DNA from: Eubacteriales bacterium
Lineage (GTDB): Bacteria; Bacillota; Clostridia; Oscillospirales; QAKW01
Direction of reading: 5' to 3'
Length of the DNA stretch: 64,000 nucleotides
NCBI GenBank assembly: GCA_045539335.1
Contig: JAZQFD010000025.1
Coordinates: 35,545 to 99,544, forward strand
Positions 1 to 9,173 of the stretch are shown here, one piece after another; the first letter of the stretch is position 1, and every line of letters begins with the position of its first letter. Under the pieces are notes generated by a model. It did no database searches. It was not told the DNA's origin and saw nothing but the letters and a program-made list of their open reading frames with translations. Both the position numbers and the translations under genes were made by a program.

Positions 1-200
1 TTTCAATATACAAATTCATCCGCCCTACTTAAGATATAAAATGGCACAAATCGGAAGCAAATGCGCTTTTTTTCAAAGGAAGAGTGTGTCCGTTTTTTAA
101 AATAAGAGCAAGTTTAGATGCAGAGGTGCTTTTTTCACCCATCGGCTGTATGTGTGATACGCCGGTGGGTGAAAAAAGTGCAAAAAAAGAAGGTACGATA

Positions 201-480
201 TGTGGCACCCTCCGTAAGGAAGGTGCCACAGTTATATTCGCCTTACGGCGAGTGATATTGCTTCGCAGTGATATGATGCTTCGCATCGTGATATTGTCCT
301 TCGGACAGTTTAAGAGGCGAATATAATATCACTTTTGCGTGAGCAAAAATATCACTTGACCGAAAGGTCAAATATAACTGTGAGATCTGTCTCACAATAT
401 CACTTATTTTAGTTCTGTTTTGAGATAGGTATTGTTTAAAAGTATATAACCCACTATAACACTTTCAACTGATGAAAGTG
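201..480. repeat. Multi-hairpin heptamer element, copy A (terminal hairpin, 4x GTKATAT, 4x ATATMAC, conserved tail)
   Basis: Hairpin TGTGGCACC..GGTGCCACA 201-230; heptamers at 231, 252, 268, 288 and complements at 326, 349, 372, 397, each separated by a short hairpin; tail 435-468 is 31/34 identical to the reverse complement of 52058-52091. Confidence 0.85.
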
Positions 481-491
481 TTTTTATTTAT

Positions 492-547
492 AAAAAACGA
501 TGGAAGACAACTTCCTTACGAAGTGTCTTCCATCGTACCTTCTTTTT
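492..547 (-). terminator. Probable intrinsic terminator of the rpmH-jag operon
   Basis: ACGATGGAAGAC...GTCTTCCATCGT hairpin with an A-run on its left (U-run on the minus strand), just downstream of the jag stop. Confidence 0.6.
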
Positions 548-567
548 GTTCTGCGCTAAAATCGCTC

Positions 568-1377
568 TTATTTCTTGTAGCTGACTACAACCCGTCTCTT
601 CGGCTCCGAGCCAACAGAGAAGGTGGTGATATGATCCTTGCCGGTCAGAGCGGCATGGATAATGCGGCGCTCATAGGGGCTCATGGGCTCCATGGTGATG
701 TTTCTCTTATACTTGAGTGCCTTCTCGGCATTGCGCTCTGCCAGATTTTGCAGGGTGCGGACTCTCTTGGCACGATAATTTTCCGTATCCAGTGTTACCC
801 GGATCTTATCGCTGTTTTTGCCCTTATTGAGCACCAAGGAGCAAAGATACTGAGCGGCATCCAAGGTCTCGCCTCTGCGGCCGATGAGCACGCCCATCTT
901 GGCACCGCTGACCTCGACATAATAATGACCGTCTTCTCCCAGCTCCACCTTAATGGCGCTTTCTTCCTCGGCACCGATGTGCACCAAAAGACCCTTCAAA
1001 AAGTCGATGATCTTTTTGGAATTCTCATCGTCTACCGGCTTTTTCTCCACCTCGGGGAGAAGGGGAGCGGCAGGCTCCTTTTTCTCGGCTTTTTCAGCCT
1101 TTTCCTTTTTGGGAGCAGCCTTCTTTTCCTTCTTGGCAATCTTTTCAGGCTCCCAATAGGGGATATTCAGCTCCTTTTTGGGAGCGGGGGCTTCCTCGGC
1201 AACCTCCACCTCCACCTTAATTTTGGCAAGGGTGGCGCCGATTCCGAAGATTCCCTTGGAGGGGGTTTCTTCTACTGTGAAGGCGAGCAGATCTTTATCC
1301 TCGCCCAATTCCAAAGCGGCGGCTTCCACAGCGGCCTCAATGGTCTTTCCTTCAAAAAACAATTCTTTGATAGCCAT
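568..1377 (-). CDS. jag: RNA-binding protein Jag/EloR/KhpB (Jag_N, KH, R3H)
   Basis: EGKTIEAAVEAA N-terminus, LIGRRGETLDA KH motif, ERRIIH R3H motif; canonical position after yidC. Confidence 0.95.
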   Translation of the reverse strand: MAIKELFFEGKTIEAAVEAAALELGEDKDLLAFTVEETPSKGIFGIGATLAKIKVEVEVAEEAPAPKKELNIPYWEPEKIAKKEKKAAPKKEKAEKAEKKEPAAPLLPEVEKKPVDDENSKKIIDFLKGLLVHIGAEEESAIKVELGEDGHYYVEVSGAKMGVLIGRRGETLDAAQYLCSLVLNKGKNSDKIRVTLDTENYRAKRVRTLQNLAERNAEKALKYKRNITMEPMSPYERRIIHAALTGKDHITTFSVGSEPKRRVVVSYKK

Positions 1378-1391
1378 AGTTGATTCCTTTT

Positions 1392-2354
1392 TTATTTCTT
1401 TTTCTTTCCTGCGGCCAAAGCGGCGGCCTTTTTGGCAGCGGCTGCGCTGCGCTTATCCTTCTTTTGCTGCTTTTCCTGCTGGATTTTAGCCTCTACCTCC
1501 GCCAGCACCTTTTTGGGATCATACATCTTATGCAGAATAAAGGTCTGAGCGATACCCAGAATGTTGCCGATGATCCAGTAGAAACCCAAGCCGCAGTTAA
1601 AGGTATAGCAGATATAGGTGGAGATCAGGGGCATCACATAGAGCATCATCTTATTGGTGCTCTGGGCGGAAGGATCCTGCTGCATGGGATTGAGCTTCTG
1701 AGAGATCCAGCCCTGCAGCATGCTGGTGATCAACACAAAGACGGGAATCAGAATGGTCCAAGCCAAAAAGCCCTCCTGCTGGGGAGTGCCGCTCAGATCA
1801 ATGAAATTGAAGAGCTGGCTGCCGGCGATGGGGAACTTATCGGAAGCCACTTCCAGAATCTGCAGTTCATAATCGCTGATGGCGGTTACATCTGCGCCCC
1901 CTTGAATCTTTGCGACCACCTTGCTGAGGGTCTCCGGCAGATCGGTCATCCCTGCCACAACGTCATAGATCTTCTGCGCCGTCTCCTTGGTGGAGAGAGC
2001 GATAAAGTGACCATAGGTGATGGGATGGCGAACGATGGAATAAATAATGAAGATCAAAGGCAGCTGGATCAGCATGGGGCCGCAGCTACCCATGGGGTTG
2101 TAGCCCTCTCGCTGATAAAGCTTTTGCAGCTCGATCTGATATTTTTCCCGATTATTGCCGTATTTTTTAGATAAAGCCTCCTGATAGGGGCGAAGCCGCA
2201 CCATATTCAGGGAGTTTTTTTGCTGCTTCATGGCCAAGGGGAAGGACACCAGCTTGGACACCAGGGCATACAGCATCAATGCCAAAGCGTAGTTTTTGAA
2301 GAGCAACATAAATTGCTGCATCAGCCACGCAAAGGGTGTGATCAAAAAATCCAT
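1392..2354 (-). CDS. yidC: Membrane protein insertase YidC/SpoIIIJ
   Basis: LYQREGYNPMGSCGPMLIQLP and GLGFYWI motifs, several TM helices, synteny. Confidence 0.93.
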   Translation of the reverse strand: MDFLITPFAWLMQQFMLLFKNYALALMLYALVSKLVSFPLAMKQQKNSLNMVRLRPYQEALSKKYGNNREKYQIELQKLYQREGYNPMGSCGPMLIQLPLIFIIYSIVRHPITYGHFIALSTKETAQKIYDVVAGMTDLPETLSKVVAKIQGGADVTAISDYELQILEVASDKFPIAGSQLFNFIDLSGTPQQEGFLAWTILIPVFVLITSMLQGWISQKLNPMQQDPSAQSTNKMMLYVMPLISTYICYTFNCGLGFYWIIGNILGIAQTFILHKMYDPKKVLAEVEAKIQQEKQQKKDKRSAAAAKKAAALAAGKKKK

Positions 2355-2356
2355 TA

Positions 2357-2617
2357 TTATTTTCTCCTTCTTTTGAATATCCGAACCTCATCGGGGACCG
2401 GATCAATTCCACCCATCGACCAAGGATGGCAGCGCAGAAGCCGCCAGATTGCAAGGCCGGTGCCAATGAAAATACCATGCTTTTCAATGGCTGTTACCGC
2501 ATAAGCGGAGCAGGTGGGATAAAATTTGCATCGGGCAGGAAAAAGCGGGGAAATCCATTTCTGATATGCACGTATGGGCAAGATCCATACCGCCCGTAAC
2601 CTTTTGCGGATGCTCAC
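2357..2617 (-). CDS. yidD: Membrane protein insertion efficiency factor YidD
   Basis: [33 protein letters not shown] start chosen at 2617, overlapping the rnpA stop (GTGA). Confidence 0.93.
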   Translation of the reverse strand: MSIRKRLRAVWILPIRAYQKWISPLFPARCKFYPTCSAYAVTAIEKHGIFIGTGLAIWRLLRCHPWSMGGIDPVPDEVRIFKRRRK

Positions 2618-2931
2618 GCCGAAAAGGTCTCCCGAAAAATTCGTTCTATCTCGGTACTTTTGCATTGCAACGACCGACTGCGGGCCACTACCACAATATC
2701 ATATCCCTTGGGAAACACCTCAAAGGCGGCGGCCGCCCCCGCCCGAATGATCCGGCGAATGCGGTTACGCTCCGGAGAGTTGCCGATCTTTTTGCTGACG
2801 GTGATACCCAAGCGAGTCACTCCTCGCTGATTTTTCCGCCAGTAAACAACCATCATCCCCGTTACTCGAGATTTGCCTTGATGGTAGGCTCGTCTGAAAT
2901 TTACATTTTCCTTAACGCTTTCGATTTTCAT
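2614..2931 (-). CDS. rnpA: Ribonuclease P protein component
   Basis: [21 protein letters not shown] (RNR motif); synteny with rpmH. Confidence 0.95.
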   Translation of the reverse strand: MKIESVKENVNFRRAYHQGKSRVTGMMVVYWRKNQRGVTRLGITVSKKIGNSPERNRIRRIIRAGAAAAFEVFPKGYDIVVVARSRSLQCKSTEIERIFRETFSA

Positions 2932-2961
2932 CTTACTACCCGATTTCGATTATTCAAAATA

Positions 2962-2995
2962 AAGGGGGTCACATCTATTAGATTGTGACCCCTCG
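2962..2995 (-). terminator. Hairpin/attenuator between rpmH and rnpA
   Basis: GGGGTCACA...TGTGACCCC inverted repeat followed by a T-rich tract on the minus strand. Confidence 0.5.
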
Positions 2996-2998
2996 TTA

Positions 2999-3133
2999 TT
3001 AGTGAGATAATCTTTTTCTGCCTTTTGCTCTTCTTCTGGCCAAAACTTTGCGGCCGTTAGCGGTCAGCATTCTCTTTCTGAAGCCATGCACTTTGCTTCT
3101 CTGTCTTTTCTTGGGCTGATAAGTGCGAACCAT
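2999..3133 (-). CDS. rpmH: 50S ribosomal protein L34 (not in the ORF track)
   Basis: Manual translation [52 protein letters not shown] upstream. Confidence 0.97.
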   Translation of the reverse strand: MVRTYQPKKRQRSKVHGFRKRMLTANGRKVLARRRAKGRKRLSH

Positions 3134-3251
3134 GTTCCGATCCTCCTTCTAGATGATAAATCCTTTTTTTCAAAGGAATTTTTTCATTCCTATAATTTTT
3201 GAGCAAATAACATTATATTAAAGTAAACATAATTTGTCAACAAAAACTTTT

Positions 3252-4634
3252 TTAAAAATCCAGGCTTTGACGAATAAAGTCGTTGAGTTCCTCGATCTTC
3301 ACCCGTTTTTGATCCATGGTATCCCGGAAACGGATGGTAACGCAACCGTCCTCTTCACTTTCAAAATCGTAGCAAATCGAGAAGGGAGTACCGATCTCAT
3401 CCTGACGGCGATAACGCTTACCGATGGAGCCGGCATCATCAAATTCCACATTGAATTCCTTGCAAAGAGGTGCATAAACCTTTTCCATGGCAGCCTGAGA
3501 AAGCTTTTTGGAAAGGGGCAGAATGGCGGCCTTTACCGGAGCCAAAGCGGGATGGAGGCGCAAAACGGTGCGCACATCATTCTTCTCTGCATCCAAAACT
3601 TCCTCGTCGTAAGCATCGCAAAGGAAGGCCAAAAGCACACGGTCGGCACCCAAAGAGGGCTCCACCACATAAGGAATATAATGCTCGTTGGTCTCGGGAT
3701 CAAAATACTCCAGACTTTTGCCGCTGGCTTCCTGATGGCGACCCAGATCATAATTGGTACGATCGGCAATGCCCCAAAGCTCGCCCCAGCCGAAGGGGAA
3801 AAGGAATTCGATATCGGTGGTTGCCTTGGAATAGAAGGAAAGCTCTTCCTTCTCATGATCCCGCAGGCGCATGTTTTCTTCCTTCATGCCCAAGGAGATC
3901 AGCCAATTCTTGCAATAGTCTTTCCAATAATAGAACCAATCCAGATCGGTATCGGGCTTGCAGAAGAATTCACATTCCATCTGCTCAAACTCACGGGTAC
4001 GGAACACAAAGTTCCCCGGCGTGATCTCATTGCGGAAGGACTTGCCGATCTGGCAAACACCGAAGGGCAGTTTCTTACGGGTGGTTCTTTGAATGTTGGC
4101 GTAGTTTACAAAGATGCCCTGAGCCGTCTCGGGACGCAGATACACTTCATTTTTGGCATCCTCAGTCACGCCGATAAAAGTTTTGAACATCAGGTTAAAC
4201 TTGCGGATATCGGTAAAATTCTTACTGCCGCAATCGGGGCAGGCAATGTCATTTTCCTTGATATAATCCTGCATTTGCTCGAAGGTCATCCCCTCCGCAT
4301 GACCGCCCACATCCTCAATGAGCTTATCGGCTCTGTGGCGTGCGTGGCAATCCTTACAATCCATCAAAGGATCGGAAAAGCCCCCAACATGTCCGCTGGT
4401 GACCCAGGTTTCGGGGTTCATAATAATAGCGGAATCCAAACCTACATTATAAGGAGATTCCTGCACGAATTTTCTCCACCATGCTTTTTTCACATTGTTT
4501 TTCAATTCCACACCCAAAGGACCGTAATCCCAAGAGTTGGATAAACCGCCGTAAATCTCACTGCCGGCATACACAAAGCCACGATTCTTGCAAAGATTTA
4601 CAACCTGTTCCATGGTTTTATCTGTATTTTTCAT
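3252..4634 (-). CDS. glyS: Glycine--tRNA ligase (alpha2, archaeal/eukaryotic type)
   Basis: [46 protein letters not shown] motifs. Confidence 0.96.
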   Translation of the reverse strand: MKNTDKTMEQVVNLCKNRGFVYAGSEIYGGLSNSWDYGPLGVELKNNVKKAWWRKFVQESPYNVGLDSAIIMNPETWVTSGHVGGFSDPLMDCKDCHARHRADKLIEDVGGHAEGMTFEQMQDYIKENDIACPDCGSKNFTDIRKFNLMFKTFIGVTEDAKNEVYLRPETAQGIFVNYANIQRTTRKKLPFGVCQIGKSFRNEITPGNFVFRTREFEQMECEFFCKPDTDLDWFYYWKDYCKNWLISLGMKEENMRLRDHEKEELSFYSKATTDIEFLFPFGWGELWGIADRTNYDLGRHQEASGKSLEYFDPETNEHYIPYVVEPSLGADRVLLAFLCDAYDEEVLDAEKNDVRTVLRLHPALAPVKAAILPLSKKLSQAAMEKVYAPLCKEFNVEFDDAGSIGKRYRRQDEIGTPFSICYDFESEEDGCVTIRFRDTMDQKRVKIEELNDFIRQSLDF

Positions 4635-4820
4635 CTTCCGACCTCCGTTTTTTACTAAAAATTAATTATATATAGAAAAAACAGAATTGTCAACTGTCAA
4701 AAACTCTAAAAGACTTATATTTAAGTAGATACTTATAATATAAAATATATATTGCATTTATCAACAGGTTATGATAAAATGTTAAATGTATAAATATTTG
4801 CATTTTACGAAAGGGGATGA

Positions 4821-6194
4821 ATGAAAAAAATGCAATCATTTAAGGATGTTTGGGATAAAGCGCTGATGATCTTGAAAAACGATCTCAATAATACCTCTTA
4901 TGAGAGCTGGATCAAGCTGTTGATTCCCATGAAGATGGAAAACGATGTTGCTTATTTTTGCGTGTCCACGCTGTTTCAAAAGAGCATCATCGATAAAAAA
5001 TATAAGCAAAATATCGAGCAGGCCATTTCGGATACCATGGGATTTGATATCACCGTTCAGGTGATGACGGAGGATGAGGTTCCCCCTCGTTTTCAGGAAA
5101 TTGCCCAGAAAAAGACCGAAGAGGTCAGCTCCATGACTCCTCTTTTTGAAGAAGATGAGGTTCGCTCCTTTAATGCCAAGGGAAATCTCACCTTTGAGAA
5201 TTTCGTGGTGGGCAAGGAAAATGAATTTGCTCATGCGGCCGCTTTGGCCATTGCCAATAATCCCGCCGATGCCTATAACCCCTTCTTTTTGTATGGACAC
5301 AGCGGATTGGGCAAAACCCATCTGATCAACGCCATTGCCAATAAAATCAAAGAAAACCATCCCGACATGCTGATCATGTATGTAAAGGGTGATGAATTTA
5401 CCTCCGAGCTGATCGATGCCATCCAGCATCAAACCCAGCGTCAATTTAAAAATAAGTATCGCAAGGCCGATATTCTTTTGATGGACGATGTGCAGTTCAT
5501 CAGCGGTAAGCCTTCGGTACAGGAGGAAATGTTCCATACCTTTGATGCCCTTCATGAGAATAATAAGCAAATTATCCTCACCTCTGATCGTCCTCCCAAG
5601 GAAATGATCAATCTGGAAGAGCGTTTGCAATCCCGCTTCTCCATGGGTCTCATTGCCGATGTGCAGCCGCCTGAGTATGAAACCCGTGTGGCCATCATCA
5701 AGCGCAAGGCTGCCCTTTATAATCTGCGGATTCCCGAAGAGGTGGTAGAATTGATCGCCACCAAGATCAAATCCAATGTGCGGGAGTTGGAAGGCACCAT
5801 CAAAAAATTAAAAGCCTTCCATTCCCTTTGGGGACAAGCCCCTACCTTAGCCCTTGCCAAGGATGCCATGGAGGCGGTCATCAAGGAAAATACCATCTCC
5901 GCCATTACCCCTGCCTCCATCATCGATCATGTGGCTCGGTACTTTAATATTTCGGTGGATCAGTTGCTTTCCAATAAAAAGACCAGCGAAATCGTCTTCC
6001 CCCGCCAGATGGCCATGTATATCATTCGGGAAACCACCAATCTTTCCCTGCCGGAGATTGGCAAGGAGATCGGCGGCAAGAACCATACCACCGTTCTTTA
6101 TTCCATTCGTAAATTGGAAGAGTCCATGCGGCAGGATCCCAATATTGCTAAAATTGCGGCAGAGCTTATTGATAATATCAAAAAAGCTTATTAA
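4821..6194 (+). CDS. dnaA: Chromosomal replication initiator DnaA
   Basis: YNPFFLYGHSGLGKTHL Walker A, LLMDDVQF, NVRELEG, domain IV HTTV. Confidence 0.98.
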   Translation: MKKMQSFKDVWDKALMILKNDLNNTSYESWIKLLIPMKMENDVAYFCVSTLFQKSIIDKKYKQNIEQAISDTMGFDITVQVMTEDEVPPRFQEIAQKKTEEVSSMTPLFEEDEVRSFNAKGNLTFENFVVGKENEFAHAAALAIANNPADAYNPFFLYGHSGLGKTHLINAIANKIKENHPDMLIMYVKGDEFTSELIDAIQHQTQRQFKNKYRKADILLMDDVQFISGKPSVQEEMFHTFDALHENNKQIILTSDRPPKEMINLEERLQSRFSMGLIADVQPPEYETRVAIIKRKAALYNLRIPEEVVELIATKIKSNVRELEGTIKKLKAFHSLWGQAPTLALAKDAMEAVIKENTISAITPASIIDHVARYFNISVDQLLSNKKTSEIVFPRQMAMYIIRETTNLSLPEIGKEIGGKNHTTVLYSIRKLEESMRQDPNIAKIAAELIDNIKKAY

Positions 6195-6453
6195 CATTTT
6201 TTTGAAAATTCAACAGCCTTTTTTAAACAGATTCAACAGGTTTACCTGAGGTTTACATAACTCTGTTTATAAAATGTTTAAGATTTTTTCGTTTCCAACA
6301 AGCTTGAACACAGCCTCAATCCCGCACCAAATCAAGCAAAAATCCACTTTTGCACCGATTCAACAGACCAACAACAACTACTACAATAAGTTTAGAAAAG
6401 ATGAAACAAACACCCACACGCTTTTTTAAACCTGCAAGAAAGGAAACAACATT
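6195..6453. promoter_or_regulatory. oriC (dnaA-dnaN intergenic) with variant DnaA boxes and a trio-like unwinding element
   Basis: Repeated ATTCAACAG; tandem boxes TTTTGCACC/GATTCAACA at 6348-6365, then GACC and AACAACAACTACTACAATA; a TTATCAACA box also lies upstream of dnaA at ~4758. Confidence 0.75.
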
Positions 6454-7575
6454 ATGAAATTTTCCTGCGATCGGACATTATTAAATGAAAGCATCAACAT
6501 CGTTCAAAAGGCGGCCAGCCAGAAATCCACCATTCCCGCTTTGGAAGGGATTATGATCGAAGCCGGAGAAAACGGTAAGATCGTATTATCCGCCTATGAT
6601 CTGAGCATCTCCATTTCTTATGATCTGGAAGCAGAGGATGTGGAGAAGGGCACGGTGATTTTATCCTCCCGCCTGTTTGGTGAGATCGTGCGTAAGCTGC
6701 CCGGCGGAATGGTGACGGTGGAGGTGGATAATAAAACCTTCCTCACGACCATCGATTGCGGCAACGCTCATTTTACCATCACCGGTATGGATCCTGAGAA
6801 TTTCCCCGCTTTGCCGGATGTGCTGGAGCCCAATGGGGTCATTTTGACCTATTCCGATTTCAAAAATATGATCCGTCAGACCATCTTTGCCGTTTCGGTA
6901 ACCGATCTGAAGCCTATTTTGACCGGTGTATTATTTGAATTAAACAGAGAAGAAGGCACCGTCAGTGCCGTGGCGGTGGATAATTTCCGCTTGGCCATCC
7001 GCAAGGTTCCCTTTGTGCAGGTAAATGGTGCTTTTAATAAAGTAGTAATCCCCTCCAGAGCCCTTAATGAATTACTCAAGATTTTGCCCGACAGTGAGGA
7101 GGAGACCATCGAGATCTGCAACAGTAAAAATTTCGTTGCTTTCCGATTTGGAAATGTGCAGATGGTATCCCGTCTTTTAGAGGGTGAATTTTTGGATTAT
7201 AAGGCCGCTATCCCCAAGGAATATAATTTCCGGGTCAAGGTGGATGTTCGGGAGTTTACAAAAATCATCGAGCGTGCCTCTCTGATGGCCAATGCCACCA
7301 TGATCAGCCCCATTCGCTGCAACTTTGATTTTGATCGTATTGATATTACCACCGCATCCAATTTGGGTAGCTTTAATGATTCCATCGCCGTGGATACCTT
7401 CTCCAATAATATGGTTATCGGTTTCAACTATAAATATATGTTGGCCGCTCTCAATGCCTGCGATGAGGATGAGGTTTATATTGAATTGCAATCCAATCTG
7501 GCACCCATTATCTTGAAACCCATTGAAAAGGATGATTTTCTTTTCTTGGTGCTGCCTTTGCGGATGAAGGAATAA
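6454..7575 (+). CDS. dnaN: DNA polymerase III beta sliding clamp
   Basis: PILTGVL, AVDNFRLA, SRLLEGEFLDY, LVLPLR C-terminus. Confidence 0.97.
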   Translation: MKFSCDRTLLNESINIVQKAASQKSTIPALEGIMIEAGENGKIVLSAYDLSISISYDLEAEDVEKGTVILSSRLFGEIVRKLPGGMVTVEVDNKTFLTTIDCGNAHFTITGMDPENFPALPDVLEPNGVILTYSDFKNMIRQTIFAVSVTDLKPILTGVLFELNREEGTVSAVAVDNFRLAIRKVPFVQVNGAFNKVVIPSRALNELLKILPDSEEETIEICNSKNFVAFRFGNVQMVSRLLEGEFLDYKAAIPKEYNFRVKVDVREFTKIIERASLMANATMISPIRCNFDFDRIDITTASNLGSFNDSIAVDTFSNNMVIGFNYKYMLAALNACDEDEVYIELQSNLAPIILKPIEKDDFLFLVLPLRMKE

Positions 7576-7580
7576 TTTAT

Positions 7581-7790
7581 ATGAACAAATTAGTAATTTA
7601 CGATGAATATATCCGTCTTTGCGATGCCCTGAAATTTGCCGGCATCGCCGAAACCGGCGGAATTGCAAAGCTGATGATCCTGGACGGGGAAGTGCTGGTC
7701 AACGGCCAGCCCTGCCTCCTGAAGGGAAAAAAGCTTTATCCCGATGACGTCTTTTCCGTTGACGGAGAAGATTTTAAAATCAGCAAATGA
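7581..7790 (+). CDS. yaaA: S4-domain RNA-binding protein YaaA
   Basis: YIRLCDALKFAGIAETGGIAK..GEVLVNG; canonical dnaN-yaaA-recF order. Confidence 0.9.
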   Translation: MNKLVIYDEYIRLCDALKFAGIAETGGIAKLMILDGEVLVNGQPCLLKGKKLYPDDVFSVDGEDFKISK

Positions 7791-8929
7791 TCATTCGCCG
7801 TCTGCACCTGAAAAATTTCAGAAATTTTGAGGATGAGACCTTTTTATTTGATGAGCGGATCAATATTTTGGCGGGGAATAATGCCCAAGGAAAAACCAAT
7901 TGTATTGAAGCCATCTATTTTTGCTCCTGCCTAAAAAGCTATCGGGTGTTAAAAGAGGAGCAGCTGATCCGCTTCGGGGAAGAAACGGCCGCCATTATCT
8001 TGGATTTTTCGGTAGATGGAAAAGAGGAGCAATTAAAAATCCTCTTTTCCAAGGGAAAACCCAAAGAATTTCGGTATAATGGCTTGGCCGTCAGCAGACT
8101 TCGGGATCTTTTAGGTTGCTTTCAATCCGTGATCTTTACCCCCGACCATCTGAATCTGATCAAGGAAGGGCCTCATAAGCGAAGAGCCTTTTTGGATATG
8201 GCCCTTTGCTCTTTGAATCTTCAATATACCGATCAACTGCTGAATTATCAAAAGATTCTCAAAAACCGCAATGCTCTGCTGCGTCAATGCAAGGAGCATC
8301 CGGAGCAGGCCCAAATGCTGTTTGTCTGGGATGAAAAACTGGCGGAGGCCGGCTCCTATATCGCTAAGGCAAGGCAGGAATATATTGCATCCCTTTCTTC
8401 CTTTGCCAAAGGCTTTTATCAAGAAATTTCCCAAAAGGAAGAAAAACTCAAGCTGATCTACCTCAATGCCTTTACCAAGGATGCGGTCAGCCGAGAGGAG
8501 TATCAAGCCCTCTTTTATCAGCGGCTTCAGCGGATGAGAGAAACGGATATTGCCATGGGTCAGACCATGAGCGGTGTGCATAAAGATGATCTTTTGATTC
8601 TGCTCTCCGGCAAGAGCATGAAATTCTTTGCCTCCCAAGGGCAGATCCGCTCGGCGGTGTTGGCCATGAAGCTGGCAGAGGCCGAGTGTATCAAAGAGCG
8701 TTCCGGTACCGAGCCGGTTTTACTCTTGGATGATATTCTCTCGGAACTGGACGCTAAACGCCAAAAATTCATTTTTGAGCGGATGATGGGGCGGCAGACG
8801 ATTCTTTCTACCTGCGAGCTGGGAAAAATTCGTCAGAAGGGAAATTTGATCTTTACCATAAAAGAGGGAAAGGTGGGAAAAGTCCGTGTACCTACACTTA
8901 GGGCAGGAAGTGCTGATCAAAAAAGATGA
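7787..8929 (+). CDS. recF: DNA replication/repair protein RecF
   Basis: GNNAQGKTN Walker A, ASQGQIRS, LLLDDILSELD. Confidence 0.96.
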   Translation: MIIRRLHLKNFRNFEDETFLFDERINILAGNNAQGKTNCIEAIYFCSCLKSYRVLKEEQLIRFGEETAAIILDFSVDGKEEQLKILFSKGKPKEFRYNGLAVSRLRDLLGCFQSVIFTPDHLNLIKEGPHKRRAFLDMALCSLNLQYTDQLLNYQKILKNRNALLRQCKEHPEQAQMLFVWDEKLAEAGSYIAKARQEYIASLSSFAKGFYQEISQKEEKLKLIYLNAFTKDAVSREEYQALFYQRLQRMRETDIAMGQTMSGVHKDDLLILLSGKSMKFFASQGQIRSAVLAMKLAEAECIKERSGTEPVLLLDDILSELDAKRQKFIFERMMGRQTILSTCELGKIRQKGNLIFTIKEGKVGKVRVPTLRAGSADQKR

Positions 8930-9155
8930 TATCATCGGCATTTTTGATATGGATAAAGCCACCGTATCGGCCAGAACCCGCCGATTTTTAGCCCAAAAAG
9001 AAAAAGAACATAAGGTGGTGTATGTCACCGCCGACCTTCCCAAGTCCTTTATTTTATGCGGGCGTGGGAAAGAAATGACCGTTTATGTTTCGCAGATTTC
9101 AGCTCAGACCCTGCTGAAACGCTGCAATTTCATTCAAAAATTATCCTACATTTAA
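8886..9155 (+). CDS. remB: DUF370 / RemB-like protein
   Basis: MYLHLG..DIIGIFD..PKSFIL..SQIS..TL; position between recF and gyrB. Confidence 0.88.
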   Translation: MYLHLGQEVLIKKDDIIGIFDMDKATVSARTRRFLAQKEKEHKVVYVTADLPKSFILCGRGKEMTVYVSQISAQTLLKRCNFIQKLSYI

Positions 9156-9173
9156 GACAAGGAGATAAAACAA

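Noticed and set aside
29..326. ORFs 29-286 and 84-326, and similar short ORFs at 25242, 49492, 52067-52460, 55886 and 60728
   Set aside because: They run through the hairpin/heptamer repeats, lack recognisable domains, and resemble each other only because of the repeat
4635..4820. T-box leader for glyS
   Set aside because: The region is short and AT-rich; no T-box consensus or antiterminator seen
6195..6453. parS sites or canonical TTATCCACA boxes near the origin
   Set aside because: Not seen by eye; a computational scan could still find degenerate sites
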